A stretch of 64,000 nucleotides of DNA. Source: Eledone cirrhosa. Its lineage: Eukaryota. Under the pieces are notes generated by a model. The model ran no database searches. It had not been told where the DNA came from and was given only the letters and a program-made list of their open reading frames with translations. The stretch's first letter is position 1. The number at the start of each line of letters is the position of its first letter. The stretch covers positions 31,062,001-31,126,000 of the forward strand of contig OZ024756.1 in the NCBI GenBank assembly GCA_964016885.1, written 5' to 3'. The position numbers and the translations under genes were made by a program. Positions 29,281 through 45,122 of this stretch are shown in pieces.

Positions 29281-29440
29281 ATAGTAATAATAATAAATTT
29301 GAAGACTAAAATCCAAAGAGGGCTCCATAAGAATAAATATATATCAAATATATAAGAACCGTAGAGCAAATATTTATTAAAATAACAGATTAAAGTTTAA
29401 GCAAAGAATTGCTGCGTTCACCCTTAACGGTATCTTCTGA
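29281..29440. mobile_element. Family D, two oppositely oriented pieces next to (TA)n
   Basis: atagtaataataataaatttgaagactaaaatccaaagagggctc.. followed by aacagattaaagtttaagcaaagaattgctgcgttcacccttaacgg. Confidence 0.7.
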
Positions 29441-29549
29441 AACTAAAAAAGTCAATCTGTGAACGCAGATGTAAATATTCCAAAAAACGTTGCAACTGGA
29501 GGGAGACAGGAAGACAATATTTTGGTTCGTGGAAACGTTCCCTGGCAAA

Positions 29550-29780
29550 GAAACGGAAAAAACGAAGATAATACGTCATTATTTGGAGCTGTGAAAAACA
29601 GTTACACGCAAAGACAAAACCACGTTTATGGTATAAAAGAAGTCGTAGACTAATGTTCGCTTAGGTGGTTCATAGAGACATTCTCAGGCAATGAACGGAA
29701 AAAACGAAGATAATACGTCATTATGTGGATTGGGAGAACAATTGCACACAAAGACAAAACCACATAAATGGTATAACAAA
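29550..29780. repeat. Direct duplication (~142 bp period)
   Basis: aacggaaaaaacgaagataatacgtcattat...caaagacaaaaccac....atggtataa occurs twice. Confidence 0.8.
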
Positions 29781-30039
29781 ATTCTAACTAGGAAACCGAA
29801 TGATTCTCGGCTTCAGAGGTAAGAATAAAGTAAATAAAATACAGAGGTAAATGAAATTAAATAAATACATACACGCATCCATATACGTACAAACACGAGC
29901 ATACGCGAAAACACTCGCCATAGGTATACAAATACAAGCACGTACATAAAAAAAAACGCACGCACATACAGAACCCACGCGACGCCTGTACCCGCACACA
30001 TACGAAAGTATACACCAAATACACATAAAAAAATATATA

Positions 30040-30078
<39 letters not shown>

Positions 30079-30081
<3 letters not shown>

Positions 30082-30238
30082 TTCTGGCTTCGATCGGGGC
30101 TAGCCACAGTTAGTAAGGTACTCAATACATTAGTAAAGTGTAAACATCATGTTTAATATAGATAGCTCTGGACTTTCCTTATGATTTCGTTTGAATGAAA
30201 CTGTTCTGGTCCCGGAGAAGGCATTTTTATATTAAACA
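30079..30238 (-). mobile_element. Family E diverged fold-back copy: tail on minus strand, degenerate HHR-like motif on plus strand at 30172-30222
   Basis: ccacagttagtaaggtactcaataca..tttaatatagat is the reverse complement of the 58302-58356 tail. ttc CTTATGA tttcgtttgaat GAAA ctgttctg GTC ccggagaaggc. Confidence 0.7.
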
Positions 30239-30297
30239 TTATATATATATGTTTATATATATATATGTTTATATATATATATGTTTATATATATATG

Positions 30298-30387
<90 letters not shown>

Positions 30388-30459
30388 GATATTCTATTTA
30401 AAGTGAACTTCCGTTTGTATTTATCTGTAGAAACCGTGTGGAAGACCTTGACAACTAAA

Positions 30460-30775
30460 CATCATAGTAATCATCACCATCATCGTCATCATCAATATCA
30501 TAGTCATCATCAATATCATCATCATCGTCATCAGCATCATCGTCATCATCAACATCGTTATCATCAACGTCGTCGTCATCATCATCGTCAAAATGGCGAT
30601 GATTGTGATGGTTACCAATAGAGTGGTGATGGCGATGATTGTGATGATCACCAGTATAGTGGTGATGGCGATGATTGTGATGGTTACCAGTATAGTGGCG
30701 ATTGCCATGATTGCGATGGTTACCAGTATAGTGGCGATTGCCATGATTGTGATGGTTACCAGTATAGTGGTGATT
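30460..30775. repeat. (CAT)n tract plus 33-bp tandem repeat (gtggtgatggcgatgattgtgatggttaccagtata)
   Basis: Direct inspection. Confidence 0.85.
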
Positions 30776-30953
30776 CTATAGGTAACAACATCGTACAATC
30801 ACAAGATTAAGCAACAGGAAATTATTTTTATAGTTAACGGCTGCTTTTCTTGGTAGGTCCCTCTCATCGTAACTAGATGTCTTTCTGATGTATGTTGAAT
30901 GTCTATATAAATATGTACAGAGACATATATATTTATATGTGTATATATATATA

Positions 30954-31000
<47 letters not shown>

Positions 31001-31001
31001 A

Positions 31002-31038
<37 letters not shown>

Positions 31039-31119
31039 GAGTCATTTTACTGTGTATTCGCAGGGTCATTAAACAGGACTTGACAGATGATTCTATGTAT
31101 ACACGCACATATACACACG

Positions 31120-31186
<67 letters not shown>

Positions 31187-31191
31187 GTACA

Positions 31192-31257
<66 letters not shown>

Positions 31258-31296
31258 AATATATATATGTGTGTATATATATGTACATATATGTAT

Positions 31297-31453
<157 letters not shown>

Positions 31454-32106
31454 CAAATATGTATAGACATATATATATATGTAAATAAACATATACATGT
31501 GTATATATATATATATATATATAAATACATGAAGTTTGCATCTATGGCGGTTCAAATAATTATTAGTTTCAATAATCTAATATAATGTTCAATACATTTA
31601 AGAATTAAAATTTTAAAGTATGACACACTGCATATCAAAATCATTATTAAATAAATATATACGTATATATGTATGTAATTCTTCGATTAACTATGTTTAT
31701 GCATGTGTATGATCTGAGATATACGTGGAGAAAGAGGAAATATTTCAAGACACTACTTACAGACCAAACTAGGAAATGTTAGTAGAACAGGAGCTGAAGT
31801 GGCTTTGAATAAACTTACTCATTATGTACGCGTTTCCAAGATTTACAAAGAGGCATTTCGTCATGGCTATTATATAAACCAATAACCCGAGTCAAGGGTC
31901 AATACACATCCATTTCACTGTATTTACGGAGTGATAGGTACTAAGATAATTAATTATTTCTAAGAGAATGTATCTGAAATCGTTTTAAGAAGGTAGGAGA
32001 AATGGCACGCCGCGAATGAGACTTTCTGCTTTCAAAACTAGATGAAAGCCTGGAGCTATGACTTGAATGTAATTCAAATTTAAACGATTAATGTCACTCA
32101 TACAAC

Positions 32107-32224
<118 letters not shown>

Positions 32225-32246
32225 GTGTGTGTGGTGTGTATCTGTT

Positions 32247-32296
<50 letters not shown>

Positions 32297-32309
32297 TATG
32301 TATGTGTAC

Positions 32310-32383
<74 letters not shown>

Positions 32384-32645
32384 ATATATATTTAAAGAAA
32401 CTGGGGAAGCAGACATAATTATTACATAAAAGAGAGAACTTCGAAAATAACTTCAAATAACTAACGAACTTCAAAGATGGCGAAAAGAAAAGCAAACATT
32501 TGATATTGTCTTTCAAGTTACCATTATACCATTATGTCTATAAGGTATATATTATGTTATATATATATGTGTGTGTGTGTATATGTGTGTATGTGTGTGT
32601 GTGTGTATATGTGTGTGTATGCGTGTGTGCAAGTGATGGTGTGTG

Positions 32646-32703
<58 letters not shown>

Positions 32704-33079
32704 TACATATATATATATATATACATATATATATAAATATATATATATATGTGTATACATATATATATATATATGTATCTATTTTTATCTATCCTCTATC
32801 TATCTATCTATCTATTTATCTATCTATGTATATATGTATGTATACATATATGTGTATATGTGTGTGAGTGTGTATATATATATATAATTGTATGTATTTA
32901 TGTATATATACATGTTTGTGTGAGTGAGTGTGTATATATATATATGTGTATATATATATATATGTTTGCCTGTTTGTGAGAATGTAAGTATGCCTGTGTA
33001 TGTGTGTGAGTCTATCTGTGGGTTTATGAGAATGTGTATATTTGTATGTGAAGTGTATGTGTATTTGAGTGTGTGCGTC

Positions 33080-33134
<55 letters not shown>

Positions 33135-33288
33135 ATGTGTGTGTGTGTGTGTGTGTGTGTATGTTGTGTCTATGTGTGTGTTTGTGAGAATGCGTGTATG
33201 TGTATGTGAAGTGTATGTTTGAGTAAGTCTGCGTATGTGTGTATATATGTATGTATATGTGTATGGACACACACACACACGCACACAC

Positions 33289-33516
<228 letters not shown>

Positions 33517-33737
33517 CTGTGTGTGTCCATGTATGTGTTGGTGAGATTGTGTGTATGTGTATGTTTGTGTATGCCTGTGCGCGTGTGTGTATACGTGTGT
33601 ATGTGTGTGTAGACACATTTTCTCTAAACATTAAAAGACAGGATTGTGATGAAAACACTTCGACTGGGAATTTAAACAATGCATGTTATATGGTTGAATG
33701 ACAAAGTGAGAAATTATACTTCAAAGGTTCTCGCCTG

Positions 33738-34886
<1,149 letters not shown>

Positions 34887-35100
34887 AACCATACGTAGAA
34901 AGACATATCAAATAACTATATTGATATGTGGAAGATAAATAATCTGATATATATGTAGACATAGAAATATAGGAATTACCTGGTAAAAAACGTTTGTTCC
35001 TGGTCAGAGTGATTCATCCTCTATTTACGTCCTTTCAATGAGTGTTTGCTTACAGTGAAAAGACAACGACATCAGCAAAGAGAACTACAACACTAAAGGT

Positions 35101-35750
35101 ATAATTGTTTCTACTTTTGGCACAAGGCCAGCAATTACCCAGTGTATTACTGGTACTTTATCTTATTGACCCCGTAAGAATGAAAGGCAAAGTTAACCTC
35201 GGAAAGGTATATCATAATGATATATTAAATATCTCACAATGTAGCATTTTGTGAATTGTTGCTTTGCCAACAGAATATGACATTATTATTTATTTTAGGT
35301 GTTATTAGCAGTATTGGTAGAGCGTCGTACAACATACTTTGCAGCATAGAGTTACGGCCATTTACGTTATGTGTTCAAATCTTACGGAGGTTAACTTTGA
35401 TAACTTTGATAGGTTTCAGCCAGGTCATGTTTAACTTAATAGTACCACCTGGCTTTGTTTATATAATTTGTCTCTTTACGTCCAGTGTTCAAATCCATCC
35501 GAGGTCAACGTTAGGTTTCAACCCCCCGGGATCGAAGAAATAAAGTCCTAGTTAACAACTGAAGAACAATGTAATTCTATTTTTCCCTTACCCAAATTGC
35601 TGTCCTTGTGGGAATGCTAAAAAGAATTAGTATTTAATTTTTATATTTCTATATAATTTTTAAATATATTACCAGTAATGCACTGGAGTCGATATAATCG
35701 GCTTTCCCCAAACATTTGTCACCTTGTGCCTAAATTAGAAACATTTATTT
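35101..35750. mobile_element. Cluster of SINE family 1 fragments in both orientations
   Basis: 35101-35203 minus 3' half. 35297-35400 plus head. 35480-35630 and 35670-35748 plus fragments. Confidence 0.75.
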
Positions 35751-36757
35751 TGAGGGTTATTGGGAACTTCTCAATCGATTTTAGATTAAGATAGCTCATT
35801 TTCGGGGCTACTAATTTATTTTCGTTCAAAAAGAAAATTCGATTTTTTTTAATTTAAGATTTCATTTCGGTAATTGATTGGTGAAAGTAAGGAAAAATAA
35901 AATTTACTTTTATACCCAGATATAATTGATCTTCGTCAGTTGCAGCGACGACTTTTTTAGTAGATGTGATCAACAAAACAACGTGCTCGTGAAATTAACA
36001 TACAAGTGTCTGAGCATCTCATAGGCACGTGTGATGGTAATGCAGGAGAATTGAAGCTAAGAAATACACTGTGAAACAACGTTGTCTCTTTTTGGACTCG
36101 AACTCACAACCTTACAATAACGTGATAGTTTCTAAATAGAAAATATGTTCCTTCACCTTAAATGTTCGCCGTGGAAATGGGGTTGATAGAATAGATAGAA
36201 TGAGGGGATGAAAAAGAAAGTGAGTAAAGTAAGAAACAGTTATAGAAAGCATACTTATACTCAGTACTGGTCTACAACTTTATATATCGACCTAGAAAGG
36301 ATGAGAAACAGTGCTGGCTTGGCTGAGAATTGAACTCAGGGCGCGGAAAGCCGGGATGAGTGTCGCCAAGTATTCTAAAAATACGTTCAAGCGGCTCTGC
36401 CAATTAACTGCCTATGCAGTTCTTTAGAATATACAAATCTGTTATACACAATGTTGAAATATATGTCAGCCAAGACCTTCTCGAGACCTTTTATAATAGG
36501 TGCCAAATATGTATAGATGTTTTTAGGAAATTTATCGAGCAAATTAAATTGGATGGTTATTGATAGCTAACACCCGGTCTAATGGCATTCGGATTTCAGA
36601 TTTACAAATTTATAAGACCGTGGCCCCAACGAAATTACCAAAATACTCAAATTAGCTTAAGTATATATTTACATACATACACACACAGGGACACTTTCTC
36701 TCTCTCTCTCTCTCTCCCTATCTATCTATCTATCTCTTTCACTCTCTCTCTCTGTCT

Positions 36758-36833
<76 letters not shown>

Positions 36834-36839
36834 ATATAA

Positions 36840-36896
<57 letters not shown>

Positions 36897-36908
36897 AACA
36901 TATATATC

Positions 36909-36942
<34 letters not shown>

Positions 36943-36945
36943 AAC

Positions 36946-36979
<34 letters not shown>

Positions 36980-36998
36980 GTATATAAACATATATATG

Positions 36999-37077
<79 letters not shown>

Positions 37078-37711
37078 CTGTGTGTGTGTGTGTGTGCGTG
37101 TTTATGTGATGTGTGGAGAGTGATATAAACAAAGATGCATACACAAATACATACATACATACATACATACATACATACATACATACATACACACATACAT
37201 ACACGTATATTCATACGTAAGTATAAAAAGAAGAGAAACGCCACACAACCAACAACCACCCCCACCACCATCGGCACAACCCTCGACTCCACCAACATAT
37301 TTAGCGTTAATGAAATAGAGTGTATATATATATATTAGCTAGTGTGAAGGAATACGTGTTAACTGTGGCAATACAATGTTTCCTTACTTCAGTATTATTA
37401 TATATATGATTTTTCGTTTGTGTGTGTGTTTTTTTATATAGATTTAACTATCCACGAAAATAGAAATATTTTGTAAAGAGCTGACGAGTTGGAATGAGAC
37501 TGAAAATAAATTTGATTTGAGATACAAAAAAAAAAATCAACATACATAATAAAATATTATGTACAGGGATTTGTGAGCTATTTTTACCTATGTATGTATG
37601 TGTGTATATATATAAAAAATATATATATAATTTATATCTACATCTCTTTCTCTCTCTCTATATATATATATGTGTGTATGTATATATACTTATTTATTTA
37701 TTTATTTATTT

Positions 37712-37770
<59 letters not shown>

Positions 37771-37773
<3 letters not shown>

Positions 37774-37943
37774 TTTTATATATAGATATATATGTACCTA
37801 AAAATACATACAAATATATACGTATAAAATTGATATCTATCTATATATATTTATATATATATATATATACATATAGATAGATATCAATTTTATACGTATA
37901 TATTTGTATGTATTTTTAGGTACATATATATCTATATATAAAA

Positions 37944-37946
<3 letters not shown>
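37771..37946. repeat. Fold-back inverted repeat (73-bp arms, TA-rich spacer) flanked by (TA)n, no HHR
   Basis: catttttatatatagatatatatgtacctaaaaatacatacaaatatatacgtataaaattgatatctatcta / matching reverse complement 37874-37946. Confidence 0.9.
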
Positions 37947-38000
<54 letters not shown>

Positions 38001-38057
38001 CATGTATATATATATATATACATATCATTATATACACATATATATATATACATATAA

Positions 38058-38122
<65 letters not shown>

Positions 38123-38649
38123 TATATTTATATACAATGTATATCTATAATTTATTCTATACATATACATAGGTACAAATATTCTTACATACACACATAT
38201 ACATACCTACATACATACATACACATACCTACATGCATACACACATACATACATACATACATACATACATACATACATACATACATACATACATACATGC
38301 ATACATACATACATACATACATACATACATACATACATACATACATACATACATACATACATACATAGGTTTATAATTTCTAGCTGTTACTATATTTGAG
38401 GAGAGCGGCAATTATATTTGTGTTACTCTGAAAGAAATTATCTCTAAACACATCTTTACGAATTATTTCGACATTTAAATGGGAAAAAAAAATCATAAAA
38501 CAAAAGATAAACGTATAAATGTAAATATAATGAATATATATATATATATATAAATATGTTATATATATTATATATATATATAATTCAGTAGCAACGAATA
38601 TAATATAAATCAAATAATCACAATAGTAAGAAGAATGTAATATTGATAA

Positions 38650-38696
<47 letters not shown>

Positions 38697-38697
38697 T

Positions 38698-38736
<39 letters not shown>

Positions 38737-38760
38737 TGCTGCTGCTGCAGCTGCTATTAA

Positions 38761-38809
<49 letters not shown>

Positions 38810-38883
38810 GCTGCTGCTGCTACTAGTAATGCTTTTACTACTACTGCTACTAGTACTGCTATTGCTACTACTACTAATGATAC

Positions 38884-39070
38884 TTGTTTCTACTTTTGGC
38901 ACAAGGCCAGCTATAATCCCAGTACATTACTGGTACTTTATTTTATCGACCTCGTAAGGATGGGAGGCAAAGTTAACCTCGGCAGGGTTTGAACCCGGAC
39001 CCTAAAAGGCCGTACCTCTATGCTGCAAAGCATGGCGTCCGATCCTCTATCGATACTGCCAATCTGCCAA
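38884..39070 (-). mobile_element. SINE family 1, full length
   Basis: ttgtttctacttttggcacaaggcc...gcatggcgtccgatcctctatcgatactgccaatctgcc. Confidence 0.9.
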
Positions 39071-39287
39071 TAATAAAAATAATAATAATGATAATTAAAA
39101 AAATTATTATTATTATTATTATTATTATTTCTGAATTCAAATTCCCCCCCCCCCCCCAAAAAAAAAGAAGTTTTGCATTTCATCCTTACGGGTTGATAAA
39201 ATAAAGTAGAAATACCAGTAGTTAACTGGAGCCGAGTTGGTGAAATATTATCATTTCTATTACTAATATTATTATTACTACTCCAAC

Positions 39288-39480
39288 AGGGCGGTGGATT
39301 GGCAGTATCGGTAGAGGGTCGGGCGCCATGCTTTCTAGCATAGTTACGTCTCTTTACGATCTGAGTTCAAATCCCGCCGAGGTTAACTTTGCCTTTCATC
39401 CTTACGGGGTCGATAAAATAAACTACTGGTATTACACTAATATAATTGCTGGCCTTGGACCAGAAGTAGAAACAATTATT
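39288..39480 (+). mobile_element. SINE family 1, full length
   Basis: gggcggtggattggcagtatcggtagagggtcgg..ctgagttcaaatcccgccgaggttaactttgcctttcatcc..agaaacaattatt. Confidence 0.9.
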
Positions 39481-39934
39481 ACTACTCCAACAACAACAAC
39501 TTTATTTATTTTCCACAAGGGAGTATTAATAATGATGATAATGATAACAATAAGATTAATAATAATTATTATTATTGTAGCAATAATGATAATGAAATGT
39601 TAGCAAAAATAATGGTTTATACAAATATAGACCTCGTAACGTAATGGAAAAAAATAAGATGGAAGGCAAAATTAATGTCCAATAAATTTGCGATAATCTA
39701 ACTTTATATATATTTGTTGACAATGCAAATAATATATCCTAAAATAAACTAAAATACCATTAAGTAAATACAATGCAGCAACCAGCTACATATAAAATAT
39801 AAAAAATTAACATGAAACTACACTTCTCACTAACTATATACGTATATATACACACATACATATATATATTCATTGATATATATATATACATATATTCATT
39901 GAAATATATATATATACACACACACATATATATG

Positions 39935-39967
<33 letters not shown>

Positions 39968-40037
39968 GTGTGCATTAATGCGTGCAGAGCAATCCAAGAA
40001 ATTAAAACGAAGATTAATGCAAAATTTTGCAAAATTC

Positions 40038-40089
<52 letters not shown>

Positions 40090-40095
40090 CTATAT

Positions 40096-40165
<70 letters not shown>

Positions 40166-40194
40166 TTATATATATTTATCTATATATATTTATA

Positions 40195-40273
40195 TTGGGT
40201 TGTAACATAAATTCCCGCCGTTATTATAAAACCTCTTAATAAAAGAACGGCTGGAATTTATGTTACAACCCAA
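40195..40273. mobile_element. 79-bp Tc1/mariner-type micro-MITE
   Basis: 28-bp TIRs ttgggttgtaacataaattcccgccgtt / aacggctggaatttatgttacaacccaa, TA on both sides. Confidence 0.75.
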
Positions 40274-40349
40274 TATAGTTACGTGTGCATGAATGCGTGC
40301 AGAGAAATCCAAGAAATTAGAACGAAGATGTAAAATATTGCAACATCCA

Positions 40350-40720
40350 TATATATATAATATAGAAATGGCTTCTACGGGACTAGAACTGTTTCATTCG
40401 GGAGAAATTATCAGGAAAGCCGACTATCAATGTTATATGGTGGTGCTTTTTCTGGTGGTAGTAGAGGGTGGTGATTGGAATGGGTGGGGGTCATTGGCTG
40501 ATGGATTTAAAGAAAGGGGATTCTTTAAATCCATGTGTGGGTGTGTGATTGTAGACACCTGGCCATTTTTACAGACCTTACCAATAAATACCCATTGTTT
40601 GCTTGAAATGAATGAAACTTATGAATTAGGAGGGCCTCTCGGTGTGTTTGTGTTTGTCTTAAAGTACTAGGTGTGAATTTACTTCTGCCTTTGTATCACT
40701 ATTTATGTTTCTCTAAATAT
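40350..40720 (-). mobile_element. Family E pLTR-like segment with degenerate HHR motif (40370-40421) ending at (TA)n
   Basis: Minus strand ggctttc CTGATAA tttctcccgaat GAAA cagttcta GTC ccgtagaagcc, homologous to 58256-58300. Segment 40479-40532 is repeated inverted at 40724-40775. Confidence 0.7.
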
Positions 40721-40776
40721 TGTTTTTAAAGAATCCCCATTGTTTAAATCCATCAACCAATGATATCCACCCATTT

Positions 40777-41077
40777 ACAGCCTATTACAACGCGGAGTTA
40801 GCTCATAGAGGCGTCTCGCAATTAATTTCTTACTCCCCTCCTAACACCAACAGCAATAGAAAAAGAAATCATGCTAATAGAAAAATGATTTGGTTCTTCC
40901 GCGCTTCTCACTCAACGTTAAGTTAAAACTAATGTAGGTAAACGATTGTTAGCTCTCTTAGATAGGCACTTTCCCATAGGACATAAATACCATTCAATCT
41001 TTAACAGACACAGGGTGAAACTCGGATACTCCTCTGCAAAGAATATGAAGGCCGACGTCACCAACAGACATCACTAA
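40777..41077 (+). pseudogene. Penelope-like element polyprotein fragment (RT thumb/linker before the GIY-YIG domain), frameshifted
   Basis: Translation AYYNAELAHRGVSQLISYSPP..RKRNHANRKMIWF, a frameshift near 40900-40925, then KTNVGKRLLALLDRHFPIGHKYHSIFNRHRVKLGYSSAKNMKA (40925-41053). Matches my recalled PLE motif IWFNPP.S.NV.TN.GK.FL.L.DKHFP..H..HKIFNR..VK.SYSC..NM; no database search run. Confidence 0.75.
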
Positions 41078-41210
41078 GAGCAGAACTCCACCAGGATGCA
41101 CTGGAGTCTATTTACTCAACTTTCCTCTTTCTCCCAAAATTGCTGATCTTGTGCTTAAATAACAAAAAAAAACATTATCATTTTCATCATCATCGTCATC
41201 ATCATCATCG

Positions 41211-41262
<52 letters not shown>

Positions 41263-41764
41263 AATTATCATCATCATCATCATCTTCGGCATCAGCATCA
41301 TCACCATAACTATCATCGTAGTTGACTGTTCATGCAGGTCACTTCTGTTCATAATTTTCACATGGAGAGAAATAGAAAATGAAATTTACTGTTTAAATTG
41401 TAGTTATATGTAAATTCAAGTGGAAATATTTTCGTTAAAATGAGAGAACTATTGTGTATCGTCTGTACATTGTGTAGAAATATTTATGATCGATTGTGGC
41501 TATCTTATTTAAATATATAATGGGTTTTTTTTATAAAATCTCATAGAAACATGTACAAAGTCATATGTATCATTAATATATTATATATTAAAGTAATGTA
41601 CTTTAAAGCAATGGAATTGTTATGCATAATTTATCTGTGTGTATATAAATATGTATCTGAATATTTTATGTGATAACAAAATTAAATGTCATAAAATTTA
41701 TATCAGTATATAATTTGATTTCATTTTGTATGTTTTCAATTATTGTTGAATATGAAATGTACCG

Positions 41765-43247
41765 AGCCGTGAATTAGCAGAGTCGGTAGAGCATCGGACT
41801 CAACACCTTCCAGCATTTTTGTCCGGTACTCTTTGCTCTGAGGCTTAAATCCCGCTAAGACCAGCTTTCATTTTAATCTTTTCATGGTCGCTAAATAAAG
41901 TACAATCCGACTGCTGACGGATTTGTAGAACTAATACAGCAAAATACCTGTAGGAATTAAAAGGTTTTATATTGTGTTTCTAACGCCAATTCCCATTGCA
42001 GTTTAAGTTTGCCTTTAATCATTGCCAAGTCGATAAATTAAATAACATTTAAGTACCTGGCTTAATTTAACCAACTGTATCTTTCCATCCATAATATCTA
42101 CCCATTTATAGGTGTTAGAGATTATTATTATTAACTTATTGAGGGCGGTGGATTGGCAGTATCGGTAGAGCGTCGGACACTCTACTTTGCAGCATAGTTT
42201 CGGCCCTTCACGTCAGGTGTTCAAATCAAATCCCGCCGAGGTTAACATTGCCTTTCATCCTTACGGAGTCGATAAAATAAAGTACCAGTAAAATAAAGCT
42301 GGGCCCGATTTAATCGGCTTCACTTCCCTTTCAAATTGCTGGCCTTGTGCCTAAATTAGAAACAATTATTTCTTACTTATTCCCCTTTTCAATTAATCTG
42401 GTATGTGATTATTTCTACAAAAACCTTCATTTCCATAGAGTTAGATTTTATTAAAAAAAAAAAACCTCCTGCTAAACGGAACACTATGTGGAGCCTGAAT
42501 GAGTTGCGTTTTTTCACCTCTATAAATAGCAGCAAAATCTTACTCAAATCCCAATCTTAACAGAATCAACGACGCATTGTATCGTGTTTTCATACATATA
42601 TGATGTCTAAAAATAAAACATAACAGTAATAGTTAGGTTTTTTCCCCCTTCATTATGTCTGGCTCTTCGACTAATCAACGGCAACAAAAATAATTAACAC
42701 TTCTCTTTGAAACGAGCAGAGCATCCATCAAACTTGCACGTTACCAATATCAACACTAATCCAATTGTAAGTCACTGGGGGAGGGGGCCTGTTTTATCCA
42801 CTTTCCTCCTCTTTACAAATTGCTGGTCTTGTGCCAAAAGTAGAAACAATTATTAATCAAATCTAATCTAGAAATGTAGAAACAACTATTAATAATATCC
42901 ACCTCCTCCTCCTCCTCCTCCTGAAACAGCAGCACGTCCCGCCTACGTTGTCTTTCTTTGTTGCAATGTTTTCTCACAAATCTTCATTCCCTCCGAGAAA
43001 TAAATTGAATCCTAATTTCGATAATGGTTTTTATAACTTTGGCCATCATTATAATTTTTTTATATTGGCAGTATCGGTAGAGGGTCGGACGCCATGCTTT
43101 GAAGTATAGAGTTGCGTCCTTTACGATCTGAGTTCAAATCCCGCCGAGGTTGACTTTGCCTTTCATCCTTACGGCGTCGATAAAATAAAGTACCAGTAAT
43201 GCACTGGGTAATTTGCTGTCCTTGTGCCTAAAGTAGAAACAATTATA
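41765..43247 (+). mobile_element. Cluster of SINE family 1 copies (41765-41900 degraded, 42142-42370, 42770-42855 fragment, 43065-43247)
   Basis: Head ggattggcagtatcggtagag, B-box gttcaaatcccgcc, central ctttcatccttacgg.gtcgataaaataaagtacc, tail gtagaaacaatta. Confidence 0.85.
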
Positions 43248-43683
43248 ATTTGTTTTATAAACAGATATTATATTGCAAAAATAAAATACTGATTTTTTTT
43301 TGCTTTTAAAATTTCCTGTATATCATTTGCCATTAATAAATTATTTTCAAAAAGTTCAAGACCTTGTGAATCTCAAAGAAGAATATCTAGACGACCTCCT
43401 TACCCGACACTAACTACATTACACATACAATATGAAATTAAAAAAAAATTATTTTACTAAAAAGACAATGAACCACGAATGATGTTAATTTAATTTCACA
43501 TTTCTTTGGAGAATAGGTCTTTAACCAATATCGTTAAATGGGTGAAACATGACCATAAATAGACTGATTGCTACTGCCGGTGCTGGTGGTGGTCGTGGTG
43601 GTGGTCATCGTTGTTTTGTGATATTTTGGTAGAGTAGCAATATTATTTTATTACTGTATAAATGAACCGGATAAAATGATGCC

Positions 43684-43728
<45 letters not shown>

Positions 43729-43757
43729 ATTGAAGATGATGATAATGATGGTGGTGG

Positions 43758-43809
<52 letters not shown>

Positions 43810-43931
43810 GGTGGGGAGGAGGAGGAGGCGGAGGTGGAAGAAGTGGCGGTGGAGCAAAAGATGAGAGTCAAACGAAAATAATCGGAAAATATGTAAAAAT
43901 GTTGAATATATATATATCTATATATATATAG

Positions 43932-44298
43932 ATAAAAGAGAAAACACAGGTAAGCATTAAGAGAAGGATTTTATCCAGGTATTTACGACCGTTTCATTGG
44001 TAAGTGCAACCTTATATTGCTATACTGCAAATAGCAGCCACTCAATTATAATTGTTGTTGCTATTTGCAGTATAACAATATAAGGTTGCACTTACCAATG
44101 AAACGGTCGTAAATACCTGGATAAAATCCTTCTCTTAATGCTTACCTGTGTTTTCTCTTTTATACTTTATACTCCAAGATTGAACGGAATTCTTACAAAC
44201 ATGTGGAGTTACCCCTAACCGTACGTTGAAACCATCCATGAAACTGGCTTTCTTAACCAAGAACTGGATCACAATAAGCAATTTTTTGTTTCTCTAAC
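43932..44298 (+). mobile_element. Fold-back element (family F): 105-bp arms 43932-44036/44059-44163 plus ~135 bp tail, contains HHR 3' half only
   Basis: Inverted arms around spacer gccactcaattataattgttgt. ccaat GAAA cggtc GTA aatacc. Tail actttaTACTCCaagat. TA repeats on both sides. Confidence 0.8.
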
Positions 44299-44869
44299 TA
44301 TATATATATAGATATATAGATATATCGGTTTGTCTGGGTATATATATAAAAGGAATTATGAGTAATATATAGATACCATATATATAATATATATATATAT
44401 ATTTTTCTCTCTCTCTCTTTCGTCTGCGACTTCACAAAACTTATGTTTACCGAATTCGTAGACCAGACCCCTTCTTCTTCTTCTTCTTCTTCTTCTTCTT
44501 CTTCTTCTTCTTCTTCTTTTTCTCCCCCCCCCCCCCGTTAGACCTGTGCGAAATTCCTTCCTTGCTCACATTTCAACCAGGTTTGATGGTCTTTTGTCTC
44601 TTGTTCACGATTTCACCGAGTTTATATTCATAGAGATCTGGGACTTGTCTATTTCTTCTCACTTTCCGTTGCTTAAACTATTTTGTTTGTTACCCTAACG
44701 TCCCCTTTATTTACGTGTCTCAACGACTTTTTTTAGCCGTTGTTCGCACCAACCTGAGGCATATGGCCCTTAAAGCGATGAAATGCCTGGGACGGTTGGA
44801 GGGTCACTGATGAAGGACTTACTTTTTCATATGCACCACCATTTGCAACGCGCAGCCATCATTATTATC

Positions 44870-44953
<84 letters not shown>

Positions 44954-45038
44954 GGAGGGAGAGAGAGAAAGAGAAAGAGACGGGTAGATAGAGAGATAGA
45001 GAGATATATAGTTAGATAGATACATAGATTGATACATC

Positions 45039-45122
<84 letters not shown>

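Noticed and set aside
44748-44825. ctgaggc..gaaa..ctgatga arrangement resembling an HHR
   Set aside because: The first core is non-canonical and I could not build consistent stems for either permutation.
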